DNA from: Octopus sinensis
Taxonomy: Eukaryota
Reading direction: 5' to 3'
DNA length: 64,000 bases
Assembly: GCF_006345805.1 (NCBI RefSeq)
Contig: NC_043003.1
Coordinates: forward strand, 5,518,001-5,582,000
Positions 13,704 to 26,748 of the stretch are shown piece after piece. Position 1 is the first letter of the stretch. Each line of letters begins with the position of its first letter. A program made the translations under genes and the position numbers. The notes under the pieces were generated by a model that did not search any database, was not told the DNA's origin, and worked only from the letters and a program-made list of their open reading frames with translations.

Positions 13704-13860
13704 CATTATTATTATTGTTGTTATTACTATTATTATTATTATCATTATTATTTATACTGTCGTTACTGCTTTTCTTCTTCGTCTTCTTCCTCTCTTTTTC
13801 TCCTTCTTCATCATCTTATTCTCCTCCTCCTCTTTATTACCATTATTATTATTATTATTA
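12505..13860. repeat. (ATT)n arrays (12510-12760, 13525-13750) with CT-rich and CA-rich tracts
   Basis: Trinucleotide and dinucleotide repeats; source of the poly-I/L/Y ORFs. Confidence 0.9.
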
Positions 13861-15160
13861 TATCTTTTTCCCCTTTATTTGCCTTCTTTAAATCTGTTGG
13901 CAGCACTTTGTCATAAAACAGCTCCATTTACTGTGAGGAAATTCAATTAGCGCTTCAAGAAAAGGGTCTTTGATATTAAATGTAGCAACTTATGATCGTT
14001 GTTGCTACTTTTTGTTATTATTCTTCTTATTATTATTATTATTATATTTTAGAGTTGTTGTTGTTATTATTAACGTTATTGTCATCATGATTTTTCTTTT
14101 TGTTTTTTTTTTTGGTGTTTTGGTTTTTCCATTTTAATGTTGCGCTGCTCTTGGTTATGGTAGAAGATTTGTTCAGTGAAATGTTCGCGTAAGGGGAAGT
14201 GTTCCCTGGAGATTTTAAATAGATAGATCGATTATGAAAATGAGAGGGAGGTGAAAGGAAATGAGAAGGAAAGGGAAGGCGGGCGGGTGAGGATGGCACT
14301 GACGCCGACGACGACGACGACGATGATGATGATGAAGATGATGATGATGATGATGATGATGATGCAATCACAGGAAATGAACGGAAAGCAGGAAAATCAT
14401 CGAAGATTGTTTATTACAAATTCCCCCTGTTTTTGTTTTTTAGTTTTTGTTTTTTTGTTTTTGTTGTTGTTTTTGTTTTCGTTCTCTTTTTAAATATTTT
14501 GTTTACTTTCAGGGATAACATTCATTTTCTTCGGCAGATTATTAAATACTTACAACTGTAGCAACACCTTCATGCATGACTCGTCCACACACACACACAT
14601 TCAGACACACAGACACACACACATATACACACACGCACATATATATATGCACATATATACATATATATACTCATCTGCATACATGCGCATATAAATTCAT
14701 ACCGACAGACAAAAATATATGCCTGTATCTATAATATTTACACATGTATATATAAACTTAATTACGTGTGTGTAGTGTTTAAATATATATTATATATGCA
14801 CATATACTTATACGTATGCACATATATATATATATATATTATATATATATATATATATTAAACTATGGTTGCAGAACAAACAAATATAAGGTCATCCACA
14901 TATATGTATATATATATATATATATATATACATACATGTACGTAATGCATGCAGCCGTATACTCTCACGATTACAAGTCTGTGTGTGTGTGTATGCATTC
15001 TATAGACGTAGATGGGACGACTTAAGCAACTAACACCGAACATGTGACTGTTATCCGGTTTAGCATCTTCACCTGACAACCTGCGTACCTTTAGCAGAGT
15101 CCACGTTTTAACAAACTTTCGCGACAGTTCTACGCAAAAGAGTATTTTCTCTGTCTGTCC

Positions 15161-15213
<53 letters not shown>

Positions 15214-15807
15214 CTCTCTCTGTCTCCCATCTGTGTGCCCCTGGAAATTGCCCTGGGCTCTGCCTTGTTTCTTGATTAATAAGTATTTTTAAAAAGCTTA
15301 CTGTCAGAAAATTTAATTACAATTTTATCCGTCTGTAAGTCGTGATGCATTACTAAAAATTCATTCTAATCCACCACAATTAAAAATATAAGAAAATGTG
15401 GGCGGGAAAGAGAGGACTCACACACACATGCGCCATAGGAAAAGGTGGAATGGTCCTTTGCACACAAATGGAATGGTTGAAGTTTGTTATCCAACAGACA
15501 TTAACATAATATTAATGATTAATAGAAAAGTAAATCTCTGTATTCAACTCGATAACTTTAGAAATAATACCTGTAATTATTGGGTATTTTAGGCTGGATG
15601 TTTCTTACTACCTCGTCATAAAACTTGGAAAACCGAATTTTTTTTTATTAACTTAGAAGATGTAAAACTCTGCTGATCCCATTTATTTCTCTCCTTTCAA
15701 GTTTTCTCTGAAGGACTATATCCGAAATTTTGGATTTTCCCAACCCTCATGGCAAACTCGATGTTCTCTTACTGCCTGTTTTTATCAATTATGCATACAT
15801 GCATATA

Positions 15808-15867
<60 letters not shown>

Positions 15868-16299
15868 TATATATACATACATACATACATACATATATAT
15901 GTGTACAAACACATTCATGGATATGCATCCATGCATCTATTCATATTCGTACTTACACATACTCACGTACGTACACTTACATTCATTCATATATATATAT
16001 AAATATATAGACACACACATCGATACATATATGCCTATATTACTTACATTCATACATACACGCATACATACATACAATCATACACACACACATACATACA
16101 ATCATACACACACATACATACATACATACATACATACATACATACATACATACATACATACATCTTAGCTGCTTTCTCGTATACGAGCAAATCCTTTGCT
16201 AGAAAGAATCTTTGAAATGATTCAATGTTGATGCAATGTGCGGCCCTTCTATAACCCTTGAACCCGGCCAAATATTTGCACATTCTATTGCATAATGCG

Positions 16300-16770
16300 C
16301 TGCTGTGCTAGCTGGCAGAAGGAACCGGTACCACAGTATAAACTCATTTGACAAGCCTTTTCAATCCTCCAACTGAAAGACACGTCTTTCCACAGGTTGC
16401 AAATGTTTTGTTGTGAATAATAGCCATATCACAATTTACAAGGAGTTCGATTCCTTCAGTTCTCTGATGGCTAACCAGGCCTGCATGACTTAAGCATTTC
16501 CTCCCACAAATCACACACATAAAAAGCAACACTCCCTCATTTTCAACAGGTTCATTCCTCCTAAGCCTTCTCTTGATTTTCTCATACTTCAATTTCTCTT
16601 TTTCAAACTTCGAACAACCACTGGGCACTCTTTACTTCCATCCAGTTCAGTCTTGCGCCTCCCTCTCCTAATCAACAACTGAAACTCCTGTCTGAGTCAG
16701 AGCAATTCCGAGGCAGTCCTTGGACTTCCTTTTGGGTTTATGTGCTGGTCTCCTACCAACTTCCAGCTTA
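16300..16770 (-). mobile_element. 3' fragment of an RTE-type LINE with C-terminal C2H2-like zinc fingers
   Basis: Minus frames give GRRPAHKPKRKSKDCL (RTE C-terminal GxRxxGRPxxRxxD-like), then CVICGRKCLSHAGLVSHQR and TCGKTCLSVGGLKR. Confidence 0.7.
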
Positions 16771-17249
16771 ATATACATACACACAGTTTATTAGAAAGAA
16801 CTGTCTCAATGTGTAAAACTTCCCAAGTGGTTAGCATTTAAATGCATATGCACATGTCTAGATATGCAACTATATACATGAAAATATATGCATAAAGACA
16901 TACAAATCTGCTCCTGCACTGACTCCATATATTGCACACAATTACACAAATGTACAGAAATAACTCATTGATTTTTTTAAAAATTTCCAATGAAGGGTTT
17001 TGGTTCGAGATTACAAACCGGTTCTTTCTCCATTGGCAAGAAATTTAAAAATAAAGCTAAATAATAAAACAAGATACCGACAGAAAGACCGAGAAGTGTG
17101 AACTACATGGCGCTGAATCACTCACGGCGCAATTCTTTCGTGTAATTTGGAACCATGCCCTGAAACAATTTTGGCGTTGATAAAAAACAATTTGGTTATC
17201 TTTCAATAAATATAAGAAATATACCATTTTTAGAGAAGATGGAATCAGT

Positions 17250-18672
17250 AATGAAGAATTGAAGTTAAATTAGTAATTAAGATCATAAGTGAAAGATAGA
17301 CTATGAGTATGGCAGGAAATGGGATGTCATCTACGTCATGTGTGCGGACCTATCAAGGAAACTTCTAGAATACATTTTTGTGTCGAATACGGACTTGTAC
17401 CAAATATAAGACCACGGAAATTTTCTCGGTCGGTCACATGAAAGGGATTAAGATTTACTGGAATGTAGGAAATGGTTTTACACAAATCTCTTGTTCATTT
17501 ATAGTAATAATTATAAATAAACATAACAAGTGTAAGAAGTTCGACTAGTTCACCAAAAATGATCTCATTTTCCATAACTAAGCGAGTTATATATTCCCAG
17601 GGCCACTCATCGCTTCATCAGTGCAAGACATTGATTCACAATGTCCGGTAGGTCAATAGAAAACTTACAACAGGTTACTGTTTTAGTTGGGATTTCAACG
17701 TGAGGCTCTTACATCAGAACTTAATTGGGTCAACAGCCCTGCAGATTCTAGCCTGAAGAAAATGACTGAAATCATGGACAATAACCAAAATAAAAGTTAG
17801 AAAAATAATACAAAGATGGGGCCATCGTCATTACACGGACATGTTTATGAAGAAAGGGAAATAAAAAGACACAGCTCACTGCATGATCGAATGCTTTTAT
17901 ATTAAACAAGACACTCTATGAAGGAATGATTATGACAACAAAGAGAAATTTTAATGTTGAAGAACATTTAGCGGAAACTGAAGCTGCAGGCCTTTTAACA
18001 TTCAATGTCCCAATGCATTGTCGTTATCGTTTGCCAATAGATGGAGGTAACAGCGATCGATAGTAAGAATGAGAACGGAAATGGATTATCTCTGTTAGAA
18101 GAAAGACTCAAGAAAACATTGCTCATTTTGATTTTATGCTAGATGCAAAGTAAATAATGAATTAAGGAACAATCACATACGACTGTACGATAAACTATCA
18201 AAAATATTCAGGTATTTCTGATAAGAGACGCCTCCAGGTAAAAAAATTGCCATTAAACACGAACTATAAGCGGTAGATTAAAATAATTGACATCGTAAGA
18301 AATTACAAGCACGTAGGGTTGTCAGCCAAAAGTTTGCATCACACTGGATGTCGCAATATGAAAAGCCATGCTATCTGAAGCTCTTTTCAATGATAATGAT
18401 GGAGAAATTTACAGAAGAATTTGGTCAGTAAATAAAACAGCACAAACTGTGATGAAATATGGGTAAAGAAGTAACAGAATGAGTGCCGTATCTTGTTAAA
18501 CTCACGATATGGTTATTGTTGTATAGGCCGATGACAGGAAGGGTGTCTGAGACGCTGCTGATTAGATCTGTATTAAATTCTCGAAAGCTGTTCTTTAGGA
18601 AGCAAAGCAGCATCGCAGAAATCTTTTGAAGTATGACAAAGCAATACCTACGGACCAAATTCTCTGCGTGCC
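17250..18672 (+). mobile_element. Highly decayed non-LTR retrotransposon, probably R4/Dong/NeSL type
   Basis: Fragmentary frames resemble RT and downstream motifs (H.MIEC, YQKYSGIS, LKYDKAIPTDQIL, similar to the LWDxxIxTD segment preceding RLE RPD). Many stops; boundaries approximate. Confidence 0.5.
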
Positions 18673-18961
18673 TTTATCCATACATATGTATACACATACA
18701 AACATACATACATACATACACATATACATACACCAATTCATATATGCACACATATATATATACAACCCACACACAGCCACACCTACATACAATTGTGAAA
18801 AACCCTCACTTGTTAGATCTTTGAGGTTCCACTGGATCAAAAGTAAAAGGAGTGAAAGTATCTCTATGTCAGTCCATGATTATGAAGACATCTAAAACAA
18901 TTAGCAAAAGTACGCTACACAATCTCAACTATCTAAATATGTATATAGCTATCTATATATC

Positions 18962-19058
<97 letters not shown>

Positions 19059-19081
19059 TATTTATATATATATATATATAT

Positions 19082-19250
19082 AAGGCCAGACAGGGTACGG
19101 ACGCCGCTATATATATTATATGTAGAAAAATACAAACTGGACAAGAACGTAAAACATTTAGAAGACGATACAAAAAACACGGACGGGACATTTGAAGCTT
19201 TCAATCTTCAGTCAAGAACCGGATCATCCTAGCAATTTCGGCTTGTCCCA
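19082..19250 (-). mobile_element. Interspersed repeat fragment in (TA)n, homologous to 38560-38845 (pLTR-like)
   Basis: Shares GCCGAAATTGC.AGGATGATCCGGTTCTTGACTGAAGATT and TAGCG.CGT.CGTAC with the second copy. Confidence 0.7.
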
Positions 19251-20666
19251 GTTTGTATTTTTCTACATATATATATATCTGTCTGCCTGTCTCTCTTTAT
19301 CTATCAACCTATCTATCTATTTATCTGTCTGTCTATCTAGCTATGCGCATGCCTACTCGCACAGGCTCACACACACTCTCTCTCCTGTCTCTTTCTCACA
19401 CACACACTCACACACATTGCAAAATCAATGATCCATCTACTACTACCGAGGGAATCAGCAAACAAGATGACGGCTACAACTGATACACCCCCCACCATTT
19501 CTTTAGTTGATAAAAGGTCATGTGGTAAGCTTCAGAGCGATGTTCTACCTTTGGTGTAAACAGAAGATAATAAACATTTATTTCTTATCTCACATTTCTC
19601 CGACGGACAAAGGGTCATTAGTGGGTGTAAACGAAGACTCGTGAGAACCGAACTCGTTTTAAAGCATAACATTTCATCTTTTCCTTTTTGTGACGTTTAT
19701 TCTTCAGACAGTATGTACAACTTCTCTGCAAAGCGTAGTGTACATCCTTTAGTTCCATTGGTGGTGCGGGGATGCAATGTATATTATGCTCCATGCTATA
19801 GGTGCGTTTTCAACTCCACTATCCTTCAGTTGAAAACGTCCCTATAGCCTGGAGCATAATAGACTAAACAACGAAAACAAAATCATATTTCACATGGATT
19901 TTACAGACAGCTTATTCCTCATGTTAGCAAAATAAAAGCAAATAAATTACAAAGTCTGTCCATCGATACAAATAACTTTATAGATCTGAGAGGTCAAAAT
20001 ACAGAGCGTTGTTATCATTCACCATCATCGCCAGTTTTGGAAAAAAATGTTGATAAACAATGCCCATACACCAAATTATATAATATTTTATTTAAACGTA
20101 ATATTTAAACTGTCTGGAAAGCAACTGGCTCTTTATACTAATAAAATTAAATCATTTCTGATAATCATAATCCATATATTATTCCTAAAAATTGAAAATT
20201 TTTCGTCCAATCTACACCACAAAAACTCTATCATACATACGTATACATACGTATACATACCATGAAAAAAAAATTCCCGGTTATCCTTCAAAAACAATTT
20301 ACATTGGGTCCGAGTACAATTTTAAGATACGGAATGAGTAAAAAGAAATATCGTCTCACGGATCACCAAAGCTATTTTATCCGGTGTGCCAATAGGGTTT
20401 CTCATGATAATCTTTAAATTTCGAACATTTCCATTTCAAGTTATTGGCCCGACAAAATTCTATTTCTATTTTCTGGATGAAACGTATTAGGAACCGTTTG
20501 AAATAAGCGCAAACCGCAGAGGAATACCGACATGGCGTTTGCAACCGTAATATCAACGGGTAAATAATACATTCCTCTGTTAACATGGACATAGTCGTGA
20601 TAATAACCTGATATAATAGCTAGAGGCTAAGAGTGCAAACGATGTGTGTGTGTATATGTGTGTGTT

Positions 20667-20697
<31 letters not shown>

Positions 20698-20769
20698 TAT
20701 ACCGGAGTAAACACATAAATGTGAAACAAGGTGGAAAAAAAGAGTACTCAAATACCAGGGGTAGAGCAA

Positions 20770-20834
20770 TATACTTTATTTAAAAGCAGCAGAAATTCAA
20801 CAGTTGAATTTCTGCTGCTTTTAGATAAAGTATA
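20770..20834. repeat. Inverted repeat, about 32-bp arms, 1-nt spacer (repeated at about 21791-21854)
   Basis: TATACTTTATTTAAAAGCAGCAGAAATTCAAC-A-GTTGAATTTCTGCTGCTTTTAGATAAAGTATA. Confidence 0.9.
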
Positions 20835-20840
20835 TACACA

Positions 20841-20890
<50 letters not shown>

Positions 20891-21309
20891 GTATGTATTA
20901 TGTATGTATGTATGTATATAAATAAGGGAGGCTGACAGAGAGAGGGAGAAAGAGAAAGAAAGAAGGAGAGTCAGAAAGAGTCAAAATCTTTCTTTATATG
21001 ATAAGTGGCGTATATAATCCATGCCATCAAGTCAAATTTCTTGCCAAGGGTCATATCAATAACTGTTTGATATAACAATGCCTATTATTGAGCAGATGCA
21101 ATACTAAAGCAAAGAGAAGATGAGGAAGAGCTTAGATCCCTAGAGGAGCAGCAGCACTGACACACCATTTCTCTTCAGGAGATGAACACTTAAGTTTTAT
21201 TAACCATTGTTTATACACACACTCTCTCTCTGCCCTCTCTCTCTCTCAAACACACACACACACAAACATAGATTTTTGCACTTCCAGTGATGGTTTAAAT
21301 CTGTAGTCT

Positions 21310-21582
21310 TCAAATCAGCTTTCCTCCTCCTGGTTTTGAGAAGCCTAATTTCTCAAGACCAGTACTTAGGCAGTGTGTCACATATCCCAGTGTCTCAATA
21401 ATTACAGGTATAAATCTGAACTTGTAATCTGGATAGAGTAAATGCAGATTTCTCAATAATTCAGCATAGGTATTCTCCTTTCGCTGATCTTCAGCTTTAT
21501 GTTAGCATCCGTTGGGCAGATGATTTCCACAACTGTTCTGTTTTTTTCTCTCCAAAATCATTATATCAGTCTATCAGCTCTG
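21310..21582 (-). mobile_element. 3' fragment of an RLE-encoding non-LTR retrotransposon, copy 1
   Basis: Same sequence as 22337-22612 with small deletions. Confidence 0.75.
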
Positions 21583-21674
21583 CATGCATGCATGCATGCA
21601 TGCATGCATGTATGTATGTATGTATGTATGTATGTATGTATGTATGTATGTATGTATGTGTGGTGTATGTATGC

Positions 21675-21719
<45 letters not shown>

Positions 21720-21850
21720 ATACCGGAGTAAAACATAAATGTGAAACAAGGTGGAAAAAAAGAGTACTCAAATACCAGGGGTTAGAGCAATATACTTTAT
21801 TTAAAAGCAGCAGAAATTCACAGTTGAATTTCTGCTGCTTTTAGATAAAG

Positions 21851-21913
<63 letters not shown>

Positions 21914-22336
21914 GTATGTATTATGTATGTATGTATGTATATACATAAGGGAGGCTGACAGAGAGAGGGAGAAAGAGAAAGAAAGAAGGAGAGTCAAGAA
22001 GAGTCAAAATCTTTCTTTATATGATAAGTGGCGTATATAATCCATGCCATCAAGTCAAATTTCTTTGCCAAGGGTCAATATCAATAACTGTTTGATATAA
22101 CAATGCCTATTATTGAAGCAGATGCAATACTAAAGCAAAGAGAAGATGAGGAAGAGCTTAGATCCCTAGAGGAGCAGCAGCACTGACACACCATTTCTCT
22201 TCAGGAGATGAACACTTAAGTTTTATTAACCATTGTTTATACACACACTCTCTCTCTGCCTCTCTCTCTCTCAAACACACACACACACACAAACATAGAT
22301 TTTTGCACTTCCAGTGATGGTTTAAATCTGTAGTCT

Positions 22337-22612
22337 TCAAATCAGCTTTCCTCCTCCTGGTTTTGAGAAGCCTAATTTCTCAAGACCAGTACTTAGGCAG
22401 TGTGTCACATATCCCAGTGTCTCAATAATTACAGGTATAAATCTGAACTTGTAATCTGGATAGAGTAAATGCAGATTTCTCAATAATTCAGCATAGGTAT
22501 TCTCTTTTTCGCTGATCTTCAGCTTTATGTTAGCATCCGTTGGGCAGATGATTTCCACAACTGTTCTGTTTTTCTTCTCTATCCAAAATCATTATATCAG
22601 GTCTATCAGCTC
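22337..22612 (-). mobile_element. 3' fragment of an RLE-encoding (R4/NeSL-type) non-LTR retrotransposon, copy 2
   Basis: RPDIMILDREEK...EIICPTDANIKLKISEKENTYAEL...FIPVIIETLG is a PD-(D/E)xK restriction-like endonuclease signature. Confidence 0.8.
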
Positions 22613-22704
22613 TGCATGCATGCATGCATGCATGCATGCATGTATGTATGTATTGTATGTATGTATGTATGTATGTATGTATGTATGTGTGTGTGTATGT
22701 ATGC

Positions 22705-22748
<44 letters not shown>

Positions 22749-22749
22749 G

Positions 22750-22814
<65 letters not shown>

Positions 22815-22815
<1 letters not shown>

Positions 22816-24312
22816 TGTTTCTGTATTGGCCATACAGGGCTGAACACAGAGGGGACAAAATACAAAGTAGAGCTTTTCTTTTGGGGATGAAGAAAAGAAG
22901 AAAAAATGTGGGTCGAATTCTGATCAAAAGGGATCGTGGAAAAAAAGGGGTGATCAATAGGGATCGTGTATCACAGAAATGTTAATATAAAAATGGAAAA
23001 CAGATTAGGTTTATCCGTGAAAAGAATCGCCTACAGAAAAGACCACCGTAATCTCGAGCAATAATGTCATGCAAAAAAAAAACGCATTAATGTAAGTGAC
23101 TCTTTTTTCCTTTTTTTTTTTTTTGGTTCATAGGATTATGCTCAAGGTGGCTTCGTCAATCACACGTGCCATCCTTGCTACATTCACCCATCTTTTTTTG
23201 AAATATTCACTAGACAAAACTTCCCTCTCTACTCTCACCTTCCGCTTCAAATGATACACGAAGAAGTTGATGAGGGATTCACCAGGGTAGAAAGTGTTTG
23301 CCTCTAGACCTTTCAGGCGCGTCCACCATACACATTATTTCGCCATAGATACAAGTACGATGAAAATGGCTCTTCCTTCCCCTTTTTGAAGGAAGGAGGC
23401 ACGACGATATTCACGATAGGTTCGGTTGATAAACTGACTCGTCCCACACTCGATAGCAGTCGTTCGACATAAGCCCACAGGTCGGAAATTATTGGACACT
23501 GCACGAGTGCGTGCAGAACGGTTTCGTCGCTCTGACCGCATCTCGGACAGGTCGGCCCCGTGTTTCTCGAGCCATGCCTGTACAGCCTATCTCGAACGAG
23601 TAGCGCTTCTCGATTGCATTGCCAGGCAAGGGAACTCGGGAAAGCGCAGCTCACAAACGGCGACCACACCTGTGCACCGACATCTGCGTAGAGTCAGAGA
23701 TGTCGCAGTCTCAGCGCGTGTCTGCGCATCATCAACCACGGCATGCTTAGCCATCCTTTTAACAGGTGTTGGCAGCAAACGGATTACCTGACCATCGGAA
23801 CACATCCTTTCCACAAGAAGCGGAAGAGAATGCAGTCTAGTTTGCTGATGGTAAGGTCGGGACAAGGCACAACGGACAGGTAGTAGTAGATGACGGACGC
23901 GATATACGTGTTCGCCACCTCCGCCCGACCTTTTAGGGACAGCTTTCTCTCAGCCTGTTGCCGGGCGAGAGTGACCACCCTACTCGTTATCTCGGACCAA
24001 ACAAGGCCCCGAGCAACTCGACCGGTCCCTCGGTCATGCATCCCACGATGGAGGCGTTGGTGGACGGCTTCGGCTTGCTTCTCCAAGTGCCGAGCCGCAA
24101 GCCCACTGACTTTTTCCGATTGATTTTCGCTCCTGTTACCGCTTCGTAGTCTTTCAGTGTCTCGCCGACCAGCATGATGTGCTTCTGGCTGGACACTATG
24201 ACGGTGTCATCGTAAACGTATGCAGACACACTCGTCCTGCATCCCAATTCTCGCAGGATGCCCCTCAACGTCGCCAGCTTCCGCAGTAGTGGCTCGAGAG
24301 TCAATACGTAGA
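22815..24312 (-). mobile_element. 5'-truncated, internally deleted Tx1/L1-type LINE (RT, zf-RVT, 3' UTR) abutting (GATA)n
   Basis: YVLTLEPLLRKL, SAYVYDDTV (YADD-like), YEAVTGAKINRKKS, LSLKGRAEVAN, LLVRDRL, CPRCGQSDETVLHALVQC. Frameshifted. Putative 3' UTR runs to the TCTA repeat at about 22815. Confidence 0.88.
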
Positions 24313-25363
24313 CAGATACATATGTGTGAGTGTGTGTGTGTGTATGTGTGTACACACCTGTCTGCATATATATATATATGAATAAATGAAAGAATGGAGT
24401 CGAACGAAGATGTTAACAAAATTCCTTTACTCTCGACATATGGCTCTTCCTTCCCCTTTTGAAGGAAGGAGGCACGACGAATTTTCCATGCTGACGATAA
24501 ACATAGGATAATTCATTCACCTACTTATATATATATATATATGTATATACACGCGGCCAGTTACCGCGGTATTTGTGCAGACATTATGTTTGATATGTGT
24601 TAAAAATATAAACATCAGAGAGAGTAAAAAATTCGTCCCAGCGGCGGCCAACGAAAAAGCCATGTACCTTTCGGCCCTTTTGAATCTTAATTTTATTGGC
24701 GCATGGTCACACGGGATGTCGTCGCTTCCAACATGTGAACAGAATACTCTCTCTCCTAAATTTAAATGGGCGTGTTAAACATAAATGTATACACCTATGA
24801 ATCGGTCGCTGCTGCTTTCTTTATTTATCTTTTGTTAATTAACTTCGCAAAACTTGGCGCACATAAGTCAACATACTATTTGCTGTTTAAATATTATATG
24901 AACAATCATTTGTGGTGCGCTATAAACGGCGAGTTTTGTGTTCATAGTCGACGAAGCGTGGTGATGCATAAAGTGCCGGCGTCCTACGGTTCGATGACGT
25001 CATACGTAGCCCGATCAGATGACTTCGCATATAGTGTTAGGAGAATTTTCTCCCAAGGCAGTCTCGTTACTTCTGCATTGAAAGGCTTTCCCACGTCCAA
25101 GGTACACGAACGTGTTGAAGGTGATGGTTCACACACACACACACACACGCGCGCACACACACACACGCACGTGTACACAGACATGCATACACATAAACAC
25201 ACACACACACAAACACATATATATATACATACATATACACATACATTTATATATACACATACATACATATATACATACACACATATATAAACACATATAT
25301 ATATACATACATACACACATACAGGCATACAAACAAACATACATACATACATACATACATTTG

Positions 25364-25394
<31 letters not shown>

Positions 25395-25505
25395 GCCTCA
25401 CAGTTGATGCGTCTAGCTCTGTCTATGAGAAAGTGGATGATATAGAGAATAAAACAAAGAACGAAGAATGCGATACCAAATGAATAGTTTAAGAATTCTA
25501 GTAAA

Positions 25506-25560
<55 letters not shown>

Positions 25561-26228
25561 ATTACTTCCAGTTCATTTTTTGAACTGAAAAAGCACGAAG
25601 ACCAAAAAAAAAATAAATAAATAAATAAAAACTAAGCCCCCCCCCCCAAACATACTAACTACAAAAACTATTTGCTGTGTCAAAGGTCATCATTCTAAAG
25701 AATTTGTCACATTATTTCCAGGGTAATTTTTTGACCTCTGCTTCATGTCAAGAGGTCACTTGAAATATGATGGAATCGTTTAGCGATTCGCCAAAAGACC
25801 TTTTTGTCAATCTTAACACCTTAATGAAAGTTAGATTGTTTGGAAATATTAGTGAAAGCAGAGGTAAGGGGGGCCGAGGGGGCGGTAGGGAGGGGAGAGA
25901 GAAAAGGAGGGAGAGAGACAATGAGAACTAAGAGAAGGATGAAGAAATTTTGTGAATCGAAACGTGAAGAATGAGAGATGGAAGAGAGAGAGAGAAAGAG
26001 TAAGAAGGAGAGGCGGAGAGAAAGAGAGTTGAAGGAGCTATAAAGAAATGAGAAATATCGATCTTATTGATTAATATTTGATAAATCAATAAAGCGAAGT
26101 GTTATCTTAAGAAGAAAAATTACAAACTATTTATTGCTGGCGTTTTGTTACAAATTGAAACGATGATATGAAAAAAGTAAGTGGAGTGAGAGAATATGGC
26201 GAGTGGGAGATTACGAGTGGAGATAGAG

Positions 26229-26286
<58 letters not shown>

Positions 26287-26714
26287 CAAAGACAGGGGCG
26301 GAGGGGGCACAGTGGGAGGTGGCGGGGGATGAGCATGAAACAAACAACAAGCACAAGAACAACAACGGTAGCGGTAACAACAGCAATAACGATGATGATG
26401 ATGATGATGCAAATAATAATAATAATAATGATGCCAAGAACAAAAAGCAGGAATAATGACAACAGCAACAACAATAAAGATAAACACTAAACAATAACAA
26501 CGACCGCAACAACAACAATAACAACAATAAGCACAACATTAACAATAATAACGACATATAAGATTCAACAGCAACAACAACAACAATAATAATAAAGCTA
26601 TTACGTTATTATCACCAAACTATTAAAAGAAATTCTTCAGTAATTTTGAGATTAAAACTGAAATCTCCAATCCAACCGTGCCACCACCATTACCTCCCTG
26701 CCTCTACCACATCG

Positions 26715-26748
<34 letters not shown>

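Larger units (their letters stand above)
20701..22745. repeat. Near-identical tandem duplication, about 1021-bp unit, 2 copies
   Basis: ACCGGAGTAAA.ACATAAATGTGAAACAAGG recurs at 20701 and 21722. The units differ mainly by 1-nt indels and microsatellite length. Confidence 0.95.

Noticed and set aside
16344-16628. Host C2H2 zinc-finger gene exon
   Set aside because: It follows an RTE-type C-terminal motif directly, is frameshifted, and the second finger is incomplete. Better explained as a LINE 3' end.
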